Shown here piece by piece: positions 31,756 through 42,729 of a DNA stretch of 64,000 nucleotides. This stretch comes from an uncultured Bacilli bacterium (GTDB taxonomy: Bacteria > Bacillota_I > Bacilli_A > RF39 > UBA660), in the NCBI GenBank assembly GCA_944358775.1, contig CALVRU010000002.1:7138-71137 (forward strand), in the 5' to 3' direction. The position numbers and the translations under genes were made by a program. The notes under the pieces are model-generated. The model was not told where the DNA came from. It did no database searches and saw only the letters and a program-made list of their open reading frames with translations. Positions within the stretch are counted from its first letter, which is position 1, and every line of letters begins with the position of its first letter.

Positions 31756-32628
31756 ATGAAAGGAATTATTTTAGCAGGGGGATCCGGAACGCGTCTTTAT
31801 CCAATTACAGAAGGAATTAGCAAACAATTAATGCCGATTTATGATAAACCGATGATTTTTTATCCATTATCCACATTGATGATGGCAGGAATTCAAGACA
31901 TATTGATAATTACAACACCACAGGATCAAGAAGGATTTGTACGTCTACTTGGAGATGGTAGTAAATTTGGAGTGAATTTTAGTTATGTGGTTCAACCGAG
32001 TCCGGATGGCCTTGCTCAGGCATTTCTATTGGGAGAAGATTTTATTGGCCAAGAACCTTGTGCGATGGTGCTAGGGGATAATCTTTATTTTGGAAACGAT
32101 TTTGATAACTATTTGTTGGCGGCAAAAGAAAATGCGCTTCAAGAATATGCGGTAAATTTTGGATATGCAGTAAAAGATCCGGAACGTTTTGGAATTATGG
32201 AGTTGGATAGAAATCAAAATATTATTAGTGTAGAAGAAAAACCGAAGCATCCGAAGAGTAAGTATGCAATTACAGGCCTATATTTTTATCCAGATGATGT
32301 CGTTACAAAAGCAAAACTTGTTAAACCGAGTCAAAGAGGAGAATTAGAAATTACGACATTAAACGATTTATACTTGCAAGAAGGGCGTTTAAAAGCCCAG
32401 ATTCTAGGGGATGGTTTTACTTGGTTTGATACCGGAACACCGGATAGTCAATTAGAAGCGGCTAACATGATTAAAACGATTCAGTCAAACAAGGGCATAG
32501 TCATTTGTGCTCCTGAGATTATTGGCTATCAAAATGGATGGCTTTCCAAGAATGAATTGCTTGAACGTGGAGAACTTCTTCGTAAGAATGATTATGGAAA
32601 ATGTTTGATTAAAATGGCAAATGAATAA
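31756..32628 (+). CDS. rfbA: glucose-1-phosphate thymidylyltransferase
   Basis: MKGIILAGGSGTRLYPIT...KQLMPIYDKPMIFYPLSTLMMAGI is the RmlA signature. Confidence 0.85.
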   Translation: MKGIILAGGSGTRLYPITEGISKQLMPIYDKPMIFYPLSTLMMAGIQDILIITTPQDQEGFVRLLGDGSKFGVNFSYVVQPSPDGLAQAFLLGEDFIGQEPCAMVLGDNLYFGNDFDNYLLAAKENALQEYAVNFGYAVKDPERFGIMELDRNQNIISVEEKPKHPKSKYAITGLYFYPDDVVTKAKLVKPSQRGELEITTLNDLYLQEGRLKAQILGDGFTWFDTGTPDSQLEAANMIKTIQSNKGIVICAPEIIGYQNGWLSKNELLERGELLRKNDYGKCLIKMANE

Positions 32629-32705
32629 CTTATTAAATTCTTTGTATTCGATTGATAATTATGATATACTTTGTTAGAAAAATATAGAATGGGTGTGATA
32701 AATAG

Positions 32706-33473
32706 ATGAGCTCTAAAGTAAATAAGACAAAAAAAGAAACGCAAGAAACTTACGCGATTGAAGTCAATCACGTCACAAAATATTTTAAAGTGTATTATGA
32801 TAAACCTCAGACTTTAAAGGAACGTTTGACATTTCATAATAAAAATAAAATAGAAAAACGTATGATTTTAGATGATGTCAACTTAAAAATTCGAAAAGGC
32901 GAAACAGTGGCTCTTATCGGTGTCAATGGTAGTGGTAAAAGCACCTTGTTAAAGTTGATGACAAAAATTATATATCCTTCTTCAGGAAAAATTATTACGC
33001 ACGGAAAATTAACGTCATTGTTAGAGTTAGGAGCAGGCTTCCATCCAGATTTTACAGGACGTGAAAACATTTATTTTAATGCTTCTATTTTTGGATTATC
33101 AAGAATAGAAATCGAAAACCGAATCGATAAAATTATAGAGTTTTCTGAGTTGGGCGATATTATCGATAATCCAGTTCGTACATACTCATCCGGACAATAT
33201 ATGAGACTTGCGTTTTCAGTGGCTATCAATGTAGATGCTGAAATTTTATTAATTGACGAAATTTTGGCGGTGGGAGATCAACATTTCCAGGAAAAATGCT
33301 TCAATAAATTGATGGAGTTAAAAAATAGCGATAAAACAATCGTCATCGTAAGTCACAGTTTAAATGTCGTTAAAGATTTATGCGATCGTGCCATCTGGAT
33401 TTACGAGGGTCATGTCAAGAAAGATGGCAACACGAAAGAAGTTATCGATGAATATTTGAAGACATGTAGTTAG
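32706..33473 (+). CDS. ABC transporter ATP-binding protein (TagH/Wzt-type polysaccharide or teichoic-acid exporter)
   Basis: Walker A GVNGSGKST, the ABC signature YSSGQYMRLAFS and Walker B LLIDEIL are present. There is no C-terminal carbohydrate-binding extension. Confidence 0.85.
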   Translation: MSSKVNKTKKETQETYAIEVNHVTKYFKVYYDKPQTLKERLTFHNKNKIEKRMILDDVNLKIRKGETVALIGVNGSGKSTLLKLMTKIIYPSSGKIITHGKLTSLLELGAGFHPDFTGRENIYFNASIFGLSRIEIENRIDKIIEFSELGDIIDNPVRTYSSGQYMRLAFSVAINVDAEILLIDEILAVGDQHFQEKCFNKLMELKNSDKTIVIVSHSLNVVKDLCDRAIWIYEGHVKKDGNTKEVIDEYLKTCS

Positions 33474-33484
33474 AGGTGAATAAC

Positions 33485-34252
33485 GTGATAGAAAATTTAA
33501 AGAATTACAAAGAGTTGCTAAAAAGCAACATTAAAAAAGAAATTCGAGGAAAGTACAAAGGTTCTTTTTTAGGCGTCTTATGGTCTTTTATCAACCCACT
33601 ATTAACGGCATTGGTGTATGCAATTATTTTTCCGTTTATTTTGAAAACCTCACAAGATCATTATGTAACGTTTTTGATTATTGGCATTTTGCCATGGAAC
33701 TTTTTTGTGACTACTATCAACCAGGGGACGACGACAGTGTTACAAAATGGAAGCATCATCAAAAAAGTGTATTTCCCAAGAGAAATTTTACCGATTTCTA
33801 TTATCGGAAGTAATTTGGTAAACTTTATTATTTCTTGTTTGATTATTTTCTTGTTTTTGATATTTAGCGGCATTGGTTTTAGTACTTATGTATTGTTTTT
33901 ACCTTTGATTATTTTGGTTCAAACTATTTTTCAAATGGGAATTGTCTTTATTACAAGCGCGATTAACGTGTATGTTAGAGATGCTGAATACATTATCAAT
34001 TTTATTTTAAATATGGTGTTTTATGCTACACCAATCTTGTATTCTTCTTCCCTGTTTCCAGAAAAAATTGCCTGGCTTTTAAATTTGAATCCGATGACGA
34101 CAATTATCAATTGCTATCGTGATATCTTATATTATCAAAGTATGCCACATCTAAAATCATTGTTGGTTGTTTTAGCCGCATCATTGATTCTTTTATGGAT
34201 TGGTATCAAGATATTCAAAAAATTAGAAAAAGGTTTTGCAGAAGAGGTATAG
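33485..34252 (+). CDS. ABC-2 type transporter permease (TagG/Wzm-like)
   Basis: Six TM helices are predicted. The start is a GTG at 33485, 5 nt after GAGGTGA. The ORF is open from a GTG at 33476. Confidence 0.75.
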   Translation: MIENLKNYKELLKSNIKKEIRGKYKGSFLGVLWSFINPLLTALVYAIIFPFILKTSQDHYVTFLIIGILPWNFFVTTINQGTTTVLQNGSIIKKVYFPREILPISIIGSNLVNFIISCLIIFLFLIFSGIGFSTYVLFLPLIILVQTIFQMGIVFITSAINVYVRDAEYIINFILNMVFYATPILYSSSLFPEKIAWLLNLNPMTTIINCYRDILYYQSMPHLKSLLVVLAASLILLWIGIKIFKKLEKGFAEEV

Positions 34253-34253
34253 T

Positions 34254-35123
34254 ATGAAACAATTCGCTTACGTGATATTACATTATCAAAATATGAAGGA
34301 TACGATAGATTGCATTCATTCGATTCAAAAGCAAACCGAATCACCAATTGTGATTGTCGATAATCATACATTGTCGAAAGCAGAACAAAAAAAATTGTCT
34401 CAGTATACAAAAGATATCATTTTGTTAGAAGATAATTTAGGATTTGCAAAAGCAAATAATATTGGAATTCGCTATGCATGTGAACATTATCATCCGGATT
34501 TTGTTGTCGTAATAAATAACGATATTGTTATTACGCAAAAAGATTTCGAGAGTCAGATTATAAAAAGTTATCAAAAATCTCATTTTGATATGTTCGGTCC
34601 TAGGATCGATACGAATGGAGGAGAGTCGGTCAATCCATTTCCTGTCTATTCTTCTTTAGAGGAAGTAGAAAAAGCGATTTCTCACACAAAGCGAAATATT
34701 CGCTTATTTTCTAGTCCATTGCAGCGATCTGTGTTTCGAATTTATCATAATATAAAGTACAAACTTGCTCCTGTCAAACATTTAAAAAACGGCTTGGAAG
34801 CACAATTTGGAATTGGTTTGCATGGTTGTGCACTTATTTTTTCTAAAAAGTATTTAAAGAAGTATTCAGATGCTTTTTATAACGAAACATTTTTGTATCA
34901 CGAAGAGGAATTTTTATACTATCGTATGAAACAGGATCATTTAATCTCGTATTATGATCCAAATGTTTATTGTTTTCATAAAGAGGGGAGTTCTTTGAAC
35001 TTTTCTTTTCAAAATAACTATTATGAAAAAGAGTTATTTCGTAACAAAGAAATTTTGTCTTCTCTTATGAAACTCCGAAATTTAATGGTAAACAATCAAA
35101 AAAAGAAAGGAAGTGCGGAGTAA
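34254..35123 (+). CDS. glycosyltransferase family 2
   Basis: FAYVILHYQNMKDTIDCIHSIQKQTESPIVIVDNHT is a GT-A fold. The ATG at 34254 overlaps the permease stop. Confidence 0.7.
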   Translation: MKQFAYVILHYQNMKDTIDCIHSIQKQTESPIVIVDNHTLSKAEQKKLSQYTKDIILLEDNLGFAKANNIGIRYACEHYHPDFVVVINNDIVITQKDFESQIIKSYQKSHFDMFGPRIDTNGGESVNPFPVYSSLEEVEKAISHTKRNIRLFSSPLQRSVFRIYHNIKYKLAPVKHLKNGLEAQFGIGLHGCALIFSKKYLKKYSDAFYNETFLYHEEEFLYYRMKQDHLISYYDPNVYCFHKEGSSLNFSFQNNYYEKELFRNKEILSSLMKLRNLMVNNQKKKGSAE

Positions 35124-37033
35124 TGAAATATCCTAAAATATCGGTTGTTGTACCAATTTACAATGTCGAATCCTATTTGGAAAAAAGTTTAGATTCTATC
35201 TTAAATCAAGATTATCCAAATTTAGAAATTATTTTAATCGATGATTGTTCGAAAGATTCGTCGTATTCGATTGCAAAAGAGTATCAAAAGAAAGATAAGC
35301 GAATCGAACTATTACAAAATCCCAAAAATAGAGGATTGTCGTTTACAAGAAATCGAGGGATTGAAGTAGCTACTGGAGATTATATTGGCTTTATTGATTC
35401 GGATGATACGATTCCAACGAATTATTACAGCAGTTTGTATCGAACAATTTCTAAGAATAAAGCAGATATTGCGGTTTGTGATATTAATGTCGTTTATGAG
35501 AATGGAAATAAAGTACGTCAAACATGTGGTTCTACATCGAATGACAAACTGTCTTTTGTTGATTGTGGTCTTGCGGCATCTGCATGTAATAAACTATTTC
35601 AAAAAGAATTGCTATCTAAGAATGCATTTGAAGTTGGAAAAAGGAATGAAGATTTGGCAGTTGTATTACCATTAGTAATAAAATGTCGAAAGGTTTGTTA
35701 CAATAAAGAGGTTTGCTATAACTACTTGCAACGCCAATATTCGATTCAAAACAATGTTTTTTCTGACAAGAGATTCGACATTTTTGATGGCGTCGATTTG
35801 ACTTTGGAACGAATTCGTGGTGTGAAAGATGAGAAACTTTATCAGGCTGCTATCGTATACAACCAATTGATCGTCTTACTTTTGTATGTTATTCCAAAAG
35901 TAGAAAATTTTAAAGAACGATATCCGTTTTTAAAGAAATATCATCAACTAAGTAAAAAATATCATTTAACTAAAAACCTTTTCTTGAAGAAATTTTTGGC
36001 AGATAATCGAAAATTGTATCGCCTTTACTATGGTGGAGTGATCTATTTAAACAGTTACGGTTTGATTTTCTTGGATAATTTATTGATTAGTTCTTATTTA
36101 TGTTATCACAATCGTAAAGTTGGATTAGTTCAAAGAAATATCAAGAAGGACGATTTAATCAAAATGGCCGAAAGACAAGCAAAACGAAGTGCTGTCTCTA
36201 AGAAAGTTTCTGTCGTTGTACCGAATTATAATTATAGTAATTATCTGTATCAACGAATTTATTCTATTTTATATCAAACTTACAAAGTTGATGAGATTAT
36301 TATTTTAGATGATTGTTCCAAAGATAATAGTAGAGAAGTTATCGACGATTTGATCGAAGCTTTATCTCCATATGTAAATATTCGTAAACTCTATAATCAG
36401 ACGAATAGTGGTCGAGCATTTACTCAATGGGAAAAAGGAATGAATGCTGCGGAAAATCCATATGTATGGATTGCGGAAGCGGATGATTATGCCAACCGTC
36501 ATTTTTTAAAAAACGTTATGAAGCCATACGATGACGATGAGGTGATTATCTCATATTGCGATACGAAGTTTATGGATGCCGATGGCAATCAACTTTTAAA
36601 GTCTATCGTTCCCGAAATCGATATTCAAAAAACTGGTCATTGGGATAATTCTTATATTAATGATGGGAAAGAGGAGTTTCATCATTATACATTTTTAAAT
36701 TGTACCATTGCAAATGTTTCTAGTGCCGTGATTCGAAAAGGAGATTATAGCAAAGAATTTGCATTGGCAAAACAATATAAGCAGGCGGGCGATTGGATGT
36801 TTTATGCAAATTTAATGCAAAAAGGAAAAGTTGCCTATTTTGCCCGAGGATATAATTACTATCGTGTCCATAATAATAATGTGAGTACGGTAACAAAGAA
36901 ACAAGATCACATTGAAGAAATTAAACGAATTCATGCGTACTATGATCAAGAATTTCATTTGAATGCAAAGCAGAAAAAAGAAATTCAAAAACGATATCAA
37001 TTTTTAGCAAAAGTTTGGAGGGTTAAGGTATAA
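35123..37033 (+). CDS. bifunctional glycosyltransferase with two tandem GT2 (GT-A) domains
   Basis: Domain 1 reads ISVVVPIYNVESYL...ILIDDCSKDSS...GFIDSDD. Domain 2 reads VSVVVPNYNYSNYL...IIILDDCSKDNS...WIAEADD. Confidence 0.7.
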   Translation: MKYPKISVVVPIYNVESYLEKSLDSILNQDYPNLEIILIDDCSKDSSYSIAKEYQKKDKRIELLQNPKNRGLSFTRNRGIEVATGDYIGFIDSDDTIPTNYYSSLYRTISKNKADIAVCDINVVYENGNKVRQTCGSTSNDKLSFVDCGLAASACNKLFQKELLSKNAFEVGKRNEDLAVVLPLVIKCRKVCYNKEVCYNYLQRQYSIQNNVFSDKRFDIFDGVDLTLERIRGVKDEKLYQAAIVYNQLIVLLLYVIPKVENFKERYPFLKKYHQLSKKYHLTKNLFLKKFLADNRKLYRLYYGGVIYLNSYGLIFLDNLLISSYLCYHNRKVGLVQRNIKKDDLIKMAERQAKRSAVSKKVSVVVPNYNYSNYLYQRIYSILYQTYKVDEIIILDDCSKDNSREVIDDLIEALSPYVNIRKLYNQTNSGRAFTQWEKGMNAAENPYVWIAEADDYANRHFLKNVMKPYDDDEVIISYCDTKFMDADGNQLLKSIVPEIDIQKTGHWDNSYINDGKEEFHHYTFLNCTIANVSSAVIRKGDYSKEFALAKQYKQAGDWMFYANLMQKGKVAYFARGYNYYRVHNNNVSTVTKKQDHIEEIKRIHAYYDQEFHLNAKQKKEIQKRYQFLAKVWRVKV

Positions 37034-37035
37034 CT

Positions 37036-39210
37036 ATGAAGATTAGAGAATTAGCAAGAAGAGTTCTTCCGTATGAGATGCGTCGGAAGTATATGGAATC
37101 TAAAAAGAATCAAACAGTGAGTATTTACAAAAAAAAATATTCTAAAATAGAAATTGTAAATCCCAAAAAGGTATCTGTAGTCATTCCGAATTACAACTAT
37201 GAGAAATTTATTGAAGAGAGAATCGATTCTGTTGTCTTACAAACGTATCCCGTTTATGAAATTATCATTTTAGACGATGCTTCTACTGACCATAGTGTAA
37301 AAAAAATAAAAGAAGTGATGAAGAAATATCCTGATGTTAAATTCCGAACAATTTTTAATAAGAAGAATGGAGGAAGTGTCTTTTCTCAATGGCAGAAAGC
37401 TTTTTTAGAATCGAAAGGTGATTATGTATGGATTGCAGAAGCAGACGATAGTTGTAGTCCGTTGTTTTTAGAGAACGTCATGAAAGGGTTTGATGAAAAG
37501 AATGTCGTTTTGTCTTATGCGGAAAGTATGAGAATTGATGAATATAATCGAATTCTTAGTAAATCTTGTCGAGATTGGATGAGTGGAATTAGTACGACTC
37601 GTTGGAATCATAGTTTTATTCATGATGGGGAAGAAGAAATTAAAGAAGCTTTGAGTGTCTGTAATACAATTCCAAACGTTTCTGCAGTCGTTTTCAAAAA
37701 AGGGAAGCAGGTCGAGTTGATCGAAAAAGCCAAGCGTTTTAAAATTAGTGGAGACTGGTTTTTATATTATAAATTGTTATCGACAGGAAAAGTTTCTTAC
37801 TGTGCTAAAAGCTTAAACTATTTTAGAAAGCATAGCCAATCTACTAGTACGGTTGCTAGTAAGGAAGTTGAATTAGAAGAAGTTTTAATTATCCAACAAG
37901 AAATTCGTAATAATTATCTCCTTACGACTGAACAGATTCGCAAACAGGGGATGCGTTACGGTGTTATTAGTACAGAAGTAAGCCCTAAGTTTTTGAAAAA
38001 AGTAGAGCCGATGATGGCTAAGAAAATCGCTTGGATTATTCCTCATCCGATCAAAGGTTCTGGCGGGATTCGAACGATGATTCAAAATGCCAATTTTCTA
38101 TCTGATTCTGGATACGAATGTGATATTTACGTCGAAGAAGATTACGTAAATGATTCGGATACGTTAAGAAAACAGATTGAAGAATATTATGGGAAATGTC
38201 ACTGTAATGTTTATGTGGGAATTGCGATGAGAAAACAGTATGATTTGGTATTTGCAACGTATTCTATTTTGACGGCAGATTATGTTTATGCCATGAAAAA
38301 TGTCAAGCATAAAGCATACTTTATTCAAGATTTTGAACCGTGGTTTGAGCCGATGGGAGGTCTTTATTTAGAAATGGAGAGAACTTATCGCTATGGCTTA
38401 CAGGGAATCAGCATTGGAAATTGGCTTACTTATAAGATTAGTACAGAATTTCATGCACCGATGACGTCTTTTCCATTTTGCGCAGACTTGAAAGTTTATA
38501 AAAAATTAAAGAACGTAAAAAAAGAAAATGCTATCTGTTTTATTTATCAACCAGAAAAAGCAAGACGTTGTAGTAAACTTGGTATTCAAGCTTTATTGTT
38601 AGTTAAAGAATTACGACCGGATGTTAAAATTTATGTATATGGTTCTGATGTTGATACTCAATTTGATTTTGATGTTGAAAATTTGCATATCATTCCAATT
38701 ACAGAATGTAATGAACTTTATAATAAGTGTAAAGTTGGTCTTTGTATTTCTTCGTCTAATCCATCACGAATTCCATTTGAGATGATGGCAGCAGGACTTC
38801 CAGTCGTCGACTTGTATCGGGAAAACAACTTATACGATATTCCAGATACAGGTGTGTTGTTAGCAGATAGTACACCGGAAGCTATTGCAACGGCCTTGAT
38901 TCGTATTTTAGATGATGATAAACTTCAAAAACAGATGTCTACCAAGGGAATCCAATACATGCAAGATTATCCGTTAGAAAGAGGATTCCAAGACTTTTTA
39001 GAAGCCGTTCAATCTATTTTAGAAGATCGAAAAATCGCATCTAAAAAGATTTCTAAGATGTATTTAAAAGATCCGGTTATGCCTAGTCAAGAGGTGTTGA
39101 ATGTCAATTACTTGATTCAACCAATTCCAATCGCGGTCAAACCAACCGGTAAAAAAATGCGTTACTTAGTAAGATGTAAAAGGGCTTTGATGAGAATACT
39201 TGGAAGATAG
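37036..39210 (+). CDS. bifunctional glycosyltransferase: N-terminal GT2 domain (paralogous to domain 2 of the upstream gene) plus a C-terminal GT-B (GT4-like) domain
   Basis: The N-terminal domain reads VSVVIPNYNYEKFI...IIILDDASTDHS...WIAEADD. The C-terminal domain has IPFEMMAAGLPVVDL, typical of a GT-B fold. Confidence 0.7.
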   Translation: MKIRELARRVLPYEMRRKYMESKKNQTVSIYKKKYSKIEIVNPKKVSVVIPNYNYEKFIEERIDSVVLQTYPVYEIIILDDASTDHSVKKIKEVMKKYPDVKFRTIFNKKNGGSVFSQWQKAFLESKGDYVWIAEADDSCSPLFLENVMKGFDEKNVVLSYAESMRIDEYNRILSKSCRDWMSGISTTRWNHSFIHDGEEEIKEALSVCNTIPNVSAVVFKKGKQVELIEKAKRFKISGDWFLYYKLLSTGKVSYCAKSLNYFRKHSQSTSTVASKEVELEEVLIIQQEIRNNYLLTTEQIRKQGMRYGVISTEVSPKFLKKVEPMMAKKIAWIIPHPIKGSGGIRTMIQNANFLSDSGYECDIYVEEDYVNDSDTLRKQIEEYYGKCHCNVYVGIAMRKQYDLVFATYSILTADYVYAMKNVKHKAYFIQDFEPWFEPMGGLYLEMERTYRYGLQGISIGNWLTYKISTEFHAPMTSFPFCADLKVYKKLKNVKKENAICFIYQPEKARRCSKLGIQALLLVKELRPDVKIYVYGSDVDTQFDFDVENLHIIPITECNELYNKCKVGLCISSSNPSRIPFEMMAAGLPVVDLYRENNLYDIPDTGVLLADSTPEAIATALIRILDDDKLQKQMSTKGIQYMQDYPLERGFQDFLEAVQSILEDRKIASKKISKMYLKDPVMPSQEVLNVNYLIQPIPIAVKPTGKKMRYLVRCKRALMRILGR

Positions 39211-39229
39211 AAGAAAGGAGATGAATTCG

Positions 39230-41098
39230 ATGTTTTCAAAACAAGGAATCGTTTATCGTGTTCTGCGAAAAGGATACCATCTTTGTGTTCCAAAATCAGT
39301 TCAAAATCGTGTGGAGCTGGATCGTCGTATCCAGCGTGGAGAGTTACCATTTAGTAAAGAAGAATTTATCGCCTATCTTTCCCAATATGATGTAATTTCG
39401 TTTGATATTTTTGACACATTATTAACAAGACTAGTTTATCGTCCTGATGATGTGTTCTTGATTATGTCAGAGAAACTGGGCGATGAAAAATTTTTAGAAA
39501 AAAGAAAAAAAGCGGAACAACTTGCTAATCAAAAATTAAAGAAAGATGTCAATTTGGATGAAATCTATCAGGAATTTCGTTTTTTGGAAAATTTAACTCC
39601 GAAACAAGTACAGAAGATTCAAAAGATGGAAACGGATTTGGAAATCGAGCTATGTGTTCCAAGACGAGACATGGTAGATGTGGTGAAAGACTTGCTTCAA
39701 CAAGGAAAAACAGTTATTTTTACAAGTGACATGTATTTAAAAGAAACTACCATTCTAAAAATGTTAGAGAAGTGCGATTATCGTAATCATGTAAAACTTT
39801 ATTTATCCAATTCGATCGATAAACGAAAAGATAGAAAAGATATGTGGCCTTTTTTAAAGAAACAATATCCTAGAAAGAAAATGATTCATATTGGCGATAA
39901 TCAAAATTCTGATTTTGCAATTCCAAGGAAATTTCATATTCAAACGATTAAAATTCCTAGTAGTCGGGAACTCTTTGAACAAAGTTCTCTTTATGCAAAG
40001 AGCAATTCTTATATTCATGATTTGAGTGATTCTTTGATGCTTGGATTACTAGTTAACAAGACGATGTTCAATTCTCCTTTTCGAACGACAATTTCATCGT
40101 TAGAAGATTTTGCCTATGTTTTTCATGCACCAATCTTAAATGAGTATTTACACTTTATTTGTGAGCACACAAAGCAGAAAGATGAGTTGTTATTCTTGGC
40201 AAGAGAAGGATACTATTTACAAAAACTATATCAAGATTATATAAAAATGAACGCCATTAAGCCTTCTCACAATGTGTATTTTTTAACTTCTCGAAAAGCA
40301 GCTTCTACTGCAAATATTCGAAAAGAAGCAGATGTTTATTCTTTGCTCGATAATGAGTTTACAGGAACGATTCGGCAATTTTTTAAAAATATTTTAGAAG
40401 TCGAATATCAAGAAGAAGACTATTCTATTTTGTTGCCACAAGATAAGGATAAAGTAAAAAAAGAATTCAAACGATATATGCCTCAAATTTTTAAGGTTGC
40501 GGAATCTTGGAAAGATGCGTATCTCAAATATATTGAACAGACTGTTCCAAATTATAAGGAATCTCGTCTTGTCATTGTAGATTTGGGTTATTCTGGCACG
40601 ATTCAATACCAATTGACGAAATTGTTAGAAAAAGAATTTGTCGGTTACTATGTTACGAATTCTAATCATGTGAAACGATATCATAAAAACAGTGAATTGC
40701 ACTTTCTTTTTGATATAAAAGAAAACGATGATTATCAGAAATTTTATTATTATTCATTATTGTTAGAGTTCTTTTTATCTGCTCCATACGGGCAGTTACA
40801 ACATTTCGTTTTGAAAAATCAAAAACCTGTTCCTGTTTATAATCACGAATCTTTTAATGAATTTAAAAAAGAGAATGTGGAACGTATGTATCGTGTCATC
40901 GTTCGTTACATGAAGGATTATGCAAAGTTAAATGAGATTTATCCTTTGCATATTAACAAAAAATTAATCTGTTGTTTTTATACAACGATTGTAGAAGATA
41001 ATTATGTCGATCGTGATGTAAAAGATTGTTTTGAATTTACAGATGCGTTTGCGGCATCAGAAACTAGAAACGTATTTCAAGTCATTAGCCGATATTAA
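39230..41098 (+). CDS. HAD-superfamily hydrolase-like N-terminal domain fused to a domain of unknown function
   Basis: HAD motif I is FDIFDTLLTR and HAD motif IV is HIGDNQNSD. The C-terminal ~350 aa are unassigned. The start is taken at the ATG at 39230, 9 nt after GGAG. Confidence 0.45.
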   Translation: MFSKQGIVYRVLRKGYHLCVPKSVQNRVELDRRIQRGELPFSKEEFIAYLSQYDVISFDIFDTLLTRLVYRPDDVFLIMSEKLGDEKFLEKRKKAEQLANQKLKKDVNLDEIYQEFRFLENLTPKQVQKIQKMETDLEIELCVPRRDMVDVVKDLLQQGKTVIFTSDMYLKETTILKMLEKCDYRNHVKLYLSNSIDKRKDRKDMWPFLKKQYPRKKMIHIGDNQNSDFAIPRKFHIQTIKIPSSRELFEQSSLYAKSNSYIHDLSDSLMLGLLVNKTMFNSPFRTTISSLEDFAYVFHAPILNEYLHFICEHTKQKDELLFLAREGYYLQKLYQDYIKMNAIKPSHNVYFLTSRKAASTANIRKEADVYSLLDNEFTGTIRQFFKNILEVEYQEEDYSILLPQDKDKVKKEFKRYMPQIFKVAESWKDAYLKYIEQTVPNYKESRLVIVDLGYSGTIQYQLTKLLEKEFVGYYVTNSNHVKRYHKNSELHFLFDIKENDDYQKFYYYSLLLEFFLSAPYGQLQHFVLKNQKPVPVYNHESFNEFKKENVERMYRVIVRYMKDYAKLNEIYPLHINKKLICCFYTTIVEDNYVDRDVKDCFEFTDAFAASETRNVFQVISRY

Positions 41099-41149
41099 AG
41101 AGTTGTAACGGAGACCAACTATGAATAGTCAATAGTTTTTAAGAGAATT

Positions 41150-42700
41150 TTATGAATTAAAATTATTGCACAGCAACGCACCGTAAATGAGATTACGGAT
41201 ATAGACTCCTTTGTCAATGAAGACATTAAAATAAGCAAAGTTCTTTGAAAAATCAATCTAAATTAAATTTGACATTATGTTTTAACATGTAAAAGATATT
41301 TCTAACTAGTTTACCAGCACAATGGCCTAAAGCATTGTAATGTAGTTTACCCTGAAGTCTTTTCGTGTTATAATAATCATTGAAAGTTTTAGTATTTAGT
41401 TGGACGTTATTAGCGGCTAAAACGAGAGCATAACGTAGCAATGGAGATCCCCGTTTACTCATTCTAGTAGAAGATGCATTAAAGTTACCAGACTGTTTAA
41501 CAGACGGATCTAACCCAGCAAATGCTAAAACTTGACTAGGATTATGAAAGCGATTAATGTCACCAATTTCAGAGATGATAATGGCAGCGGTCATATAGCC
41601 GATACCTGGAATTGAAGTAATAACATTGTCGCTTTTTTTAATGAAATCACTAACTTGTTTTTCAATATCTCTGATTTGAGATTCAAGAAGTTCAATTAAT
41701 TCAATGGTCATTTTAATTTGGATTGATAGAGCATGATTGTTGATACCAACTGAATTAGAAGCCAAAGCTTTTAGTTCGATAGCCCGATTCTTATCATATT
41801 TTCCATGAGAAGATTTAGCTAATAAATTAGAAAGTTTCGTTAAATTAATGTTGGCAATATCAACAGGAGATTGAAAACGTTTTAAAAGTTCATGAGCAGT
41901 TTTAAGATCAAGATTATCTTTAAAGAAACTATTCAATTCAGGGAAAAGCTGATCAACATATGTTTTTAATTGAATCTTAGCTTCCGAAGCTTTCTCTTTA
42001 AGGTCTTTATGAAATCTGCATAATGATTTTATTTCAAGTAATTTAATATCATAGTCAGACAATAAATTATAATAACCTAAAGATAAAGCTTCACAAATAA
42101 GCATAGAATCGACTTTGTCATTTTTAACTTTTCTAATTCTAGTTTTTCTTAAAGCGGCAGTTTGAATAGGGTTAATAATCCCTAGATTAAATTGTTTCTC
42201 ATGAAAGTAAAAGATAAGATTGTTCCCATAATGAGCAGTAGATTCTAATCCAATTAAAACACTATCTTTATTAAAATCTTTCAATTTTGAATAAAGAAGA
42301 TTAAATCCTTGCTTATTATTGGTAACTAAGAAAGGATTTTCAATCACTTCTCCAGTAGAGTAATCAACAATAGATGCATAATGGTTTGTTTTGGCAATAT
42401 CAATACCAACATAAATCATGTAAGAACACCTCACAATAAAATATTTTTGATAACAAAGTGGTTCCACAGTTTTTATCTATTACAGCCTTGCTTGTTATAA
42501 GAAGTCTTTTGCTTCAACCAACCAATAAGCAATGAAAGATAAAACTGTGGTTGTAAACTCCGAAAAAGTAGTCAAAGCTACAGGGCTTCAAATATACAAT
42601 CCACAGTTATCTTAAGTATATTATACAAAAATTAGAGAGAAAAACAAAAGGAGTTAGTGATAATATACTAGTCAGTAGAAAATACAATATCTCTCTTGTA
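41150..42700 (-). mobile_element. IS110-family insertion sequence; boundaries approximate
   Basis: It carries a single DEDD-type transposase gene. IS110 elements lack terminal inverted repeats. The 5' leader contains repeated CCACAGTT/AACTGTGG motifs. Confidence 0.5.
41253..42419 (-). CDS. IS110 family transposase
   Basis: The N-terminus MIYVGIDIAKTNHYASIV is the DEDD RuvC-like signature, and a C-terminal Transposase_20 region follows. The start is chosen at the Met preceding GIDIAK. Confidence 0.8.
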   Translation of the reverse strand: MIYVGIDIAKTNHYASIVDYSTGEVIENPFLVTNNKQGFNLLYSKLKDFNKDSVLIGLESTAHYGNNLIFYFHEKQFNLGIINPIQTAALRKTRIRKVKNDKVDSMLICEALSLGYYNLLSDYDIKLLEIKSLCRFHKDLKEKASEAKIQLKTYVDQLFPELNSFFKDNLDLKTAHELLKRFQSPVDIANINLTKLSNLLAKSSHGKYDKNRAIELKALASNSVGINNHALSIQIKMTIELIELLESQIRDIEKQVSDFIKKSDNVITSIPGIGYMTAAIIISEIGDINRFHNPSQVLAFAGLDPSVKQSGNFNASSTRMSKRGSPLLRYALVLAANNVQLNTKTFNDYYNTKRLQGKLHYNALGHCAGKLVRNIFYMLKHNVKFNLD

Positions 42701-42729
42701 ACTGACTATATATATCATACAAGAGTTTT

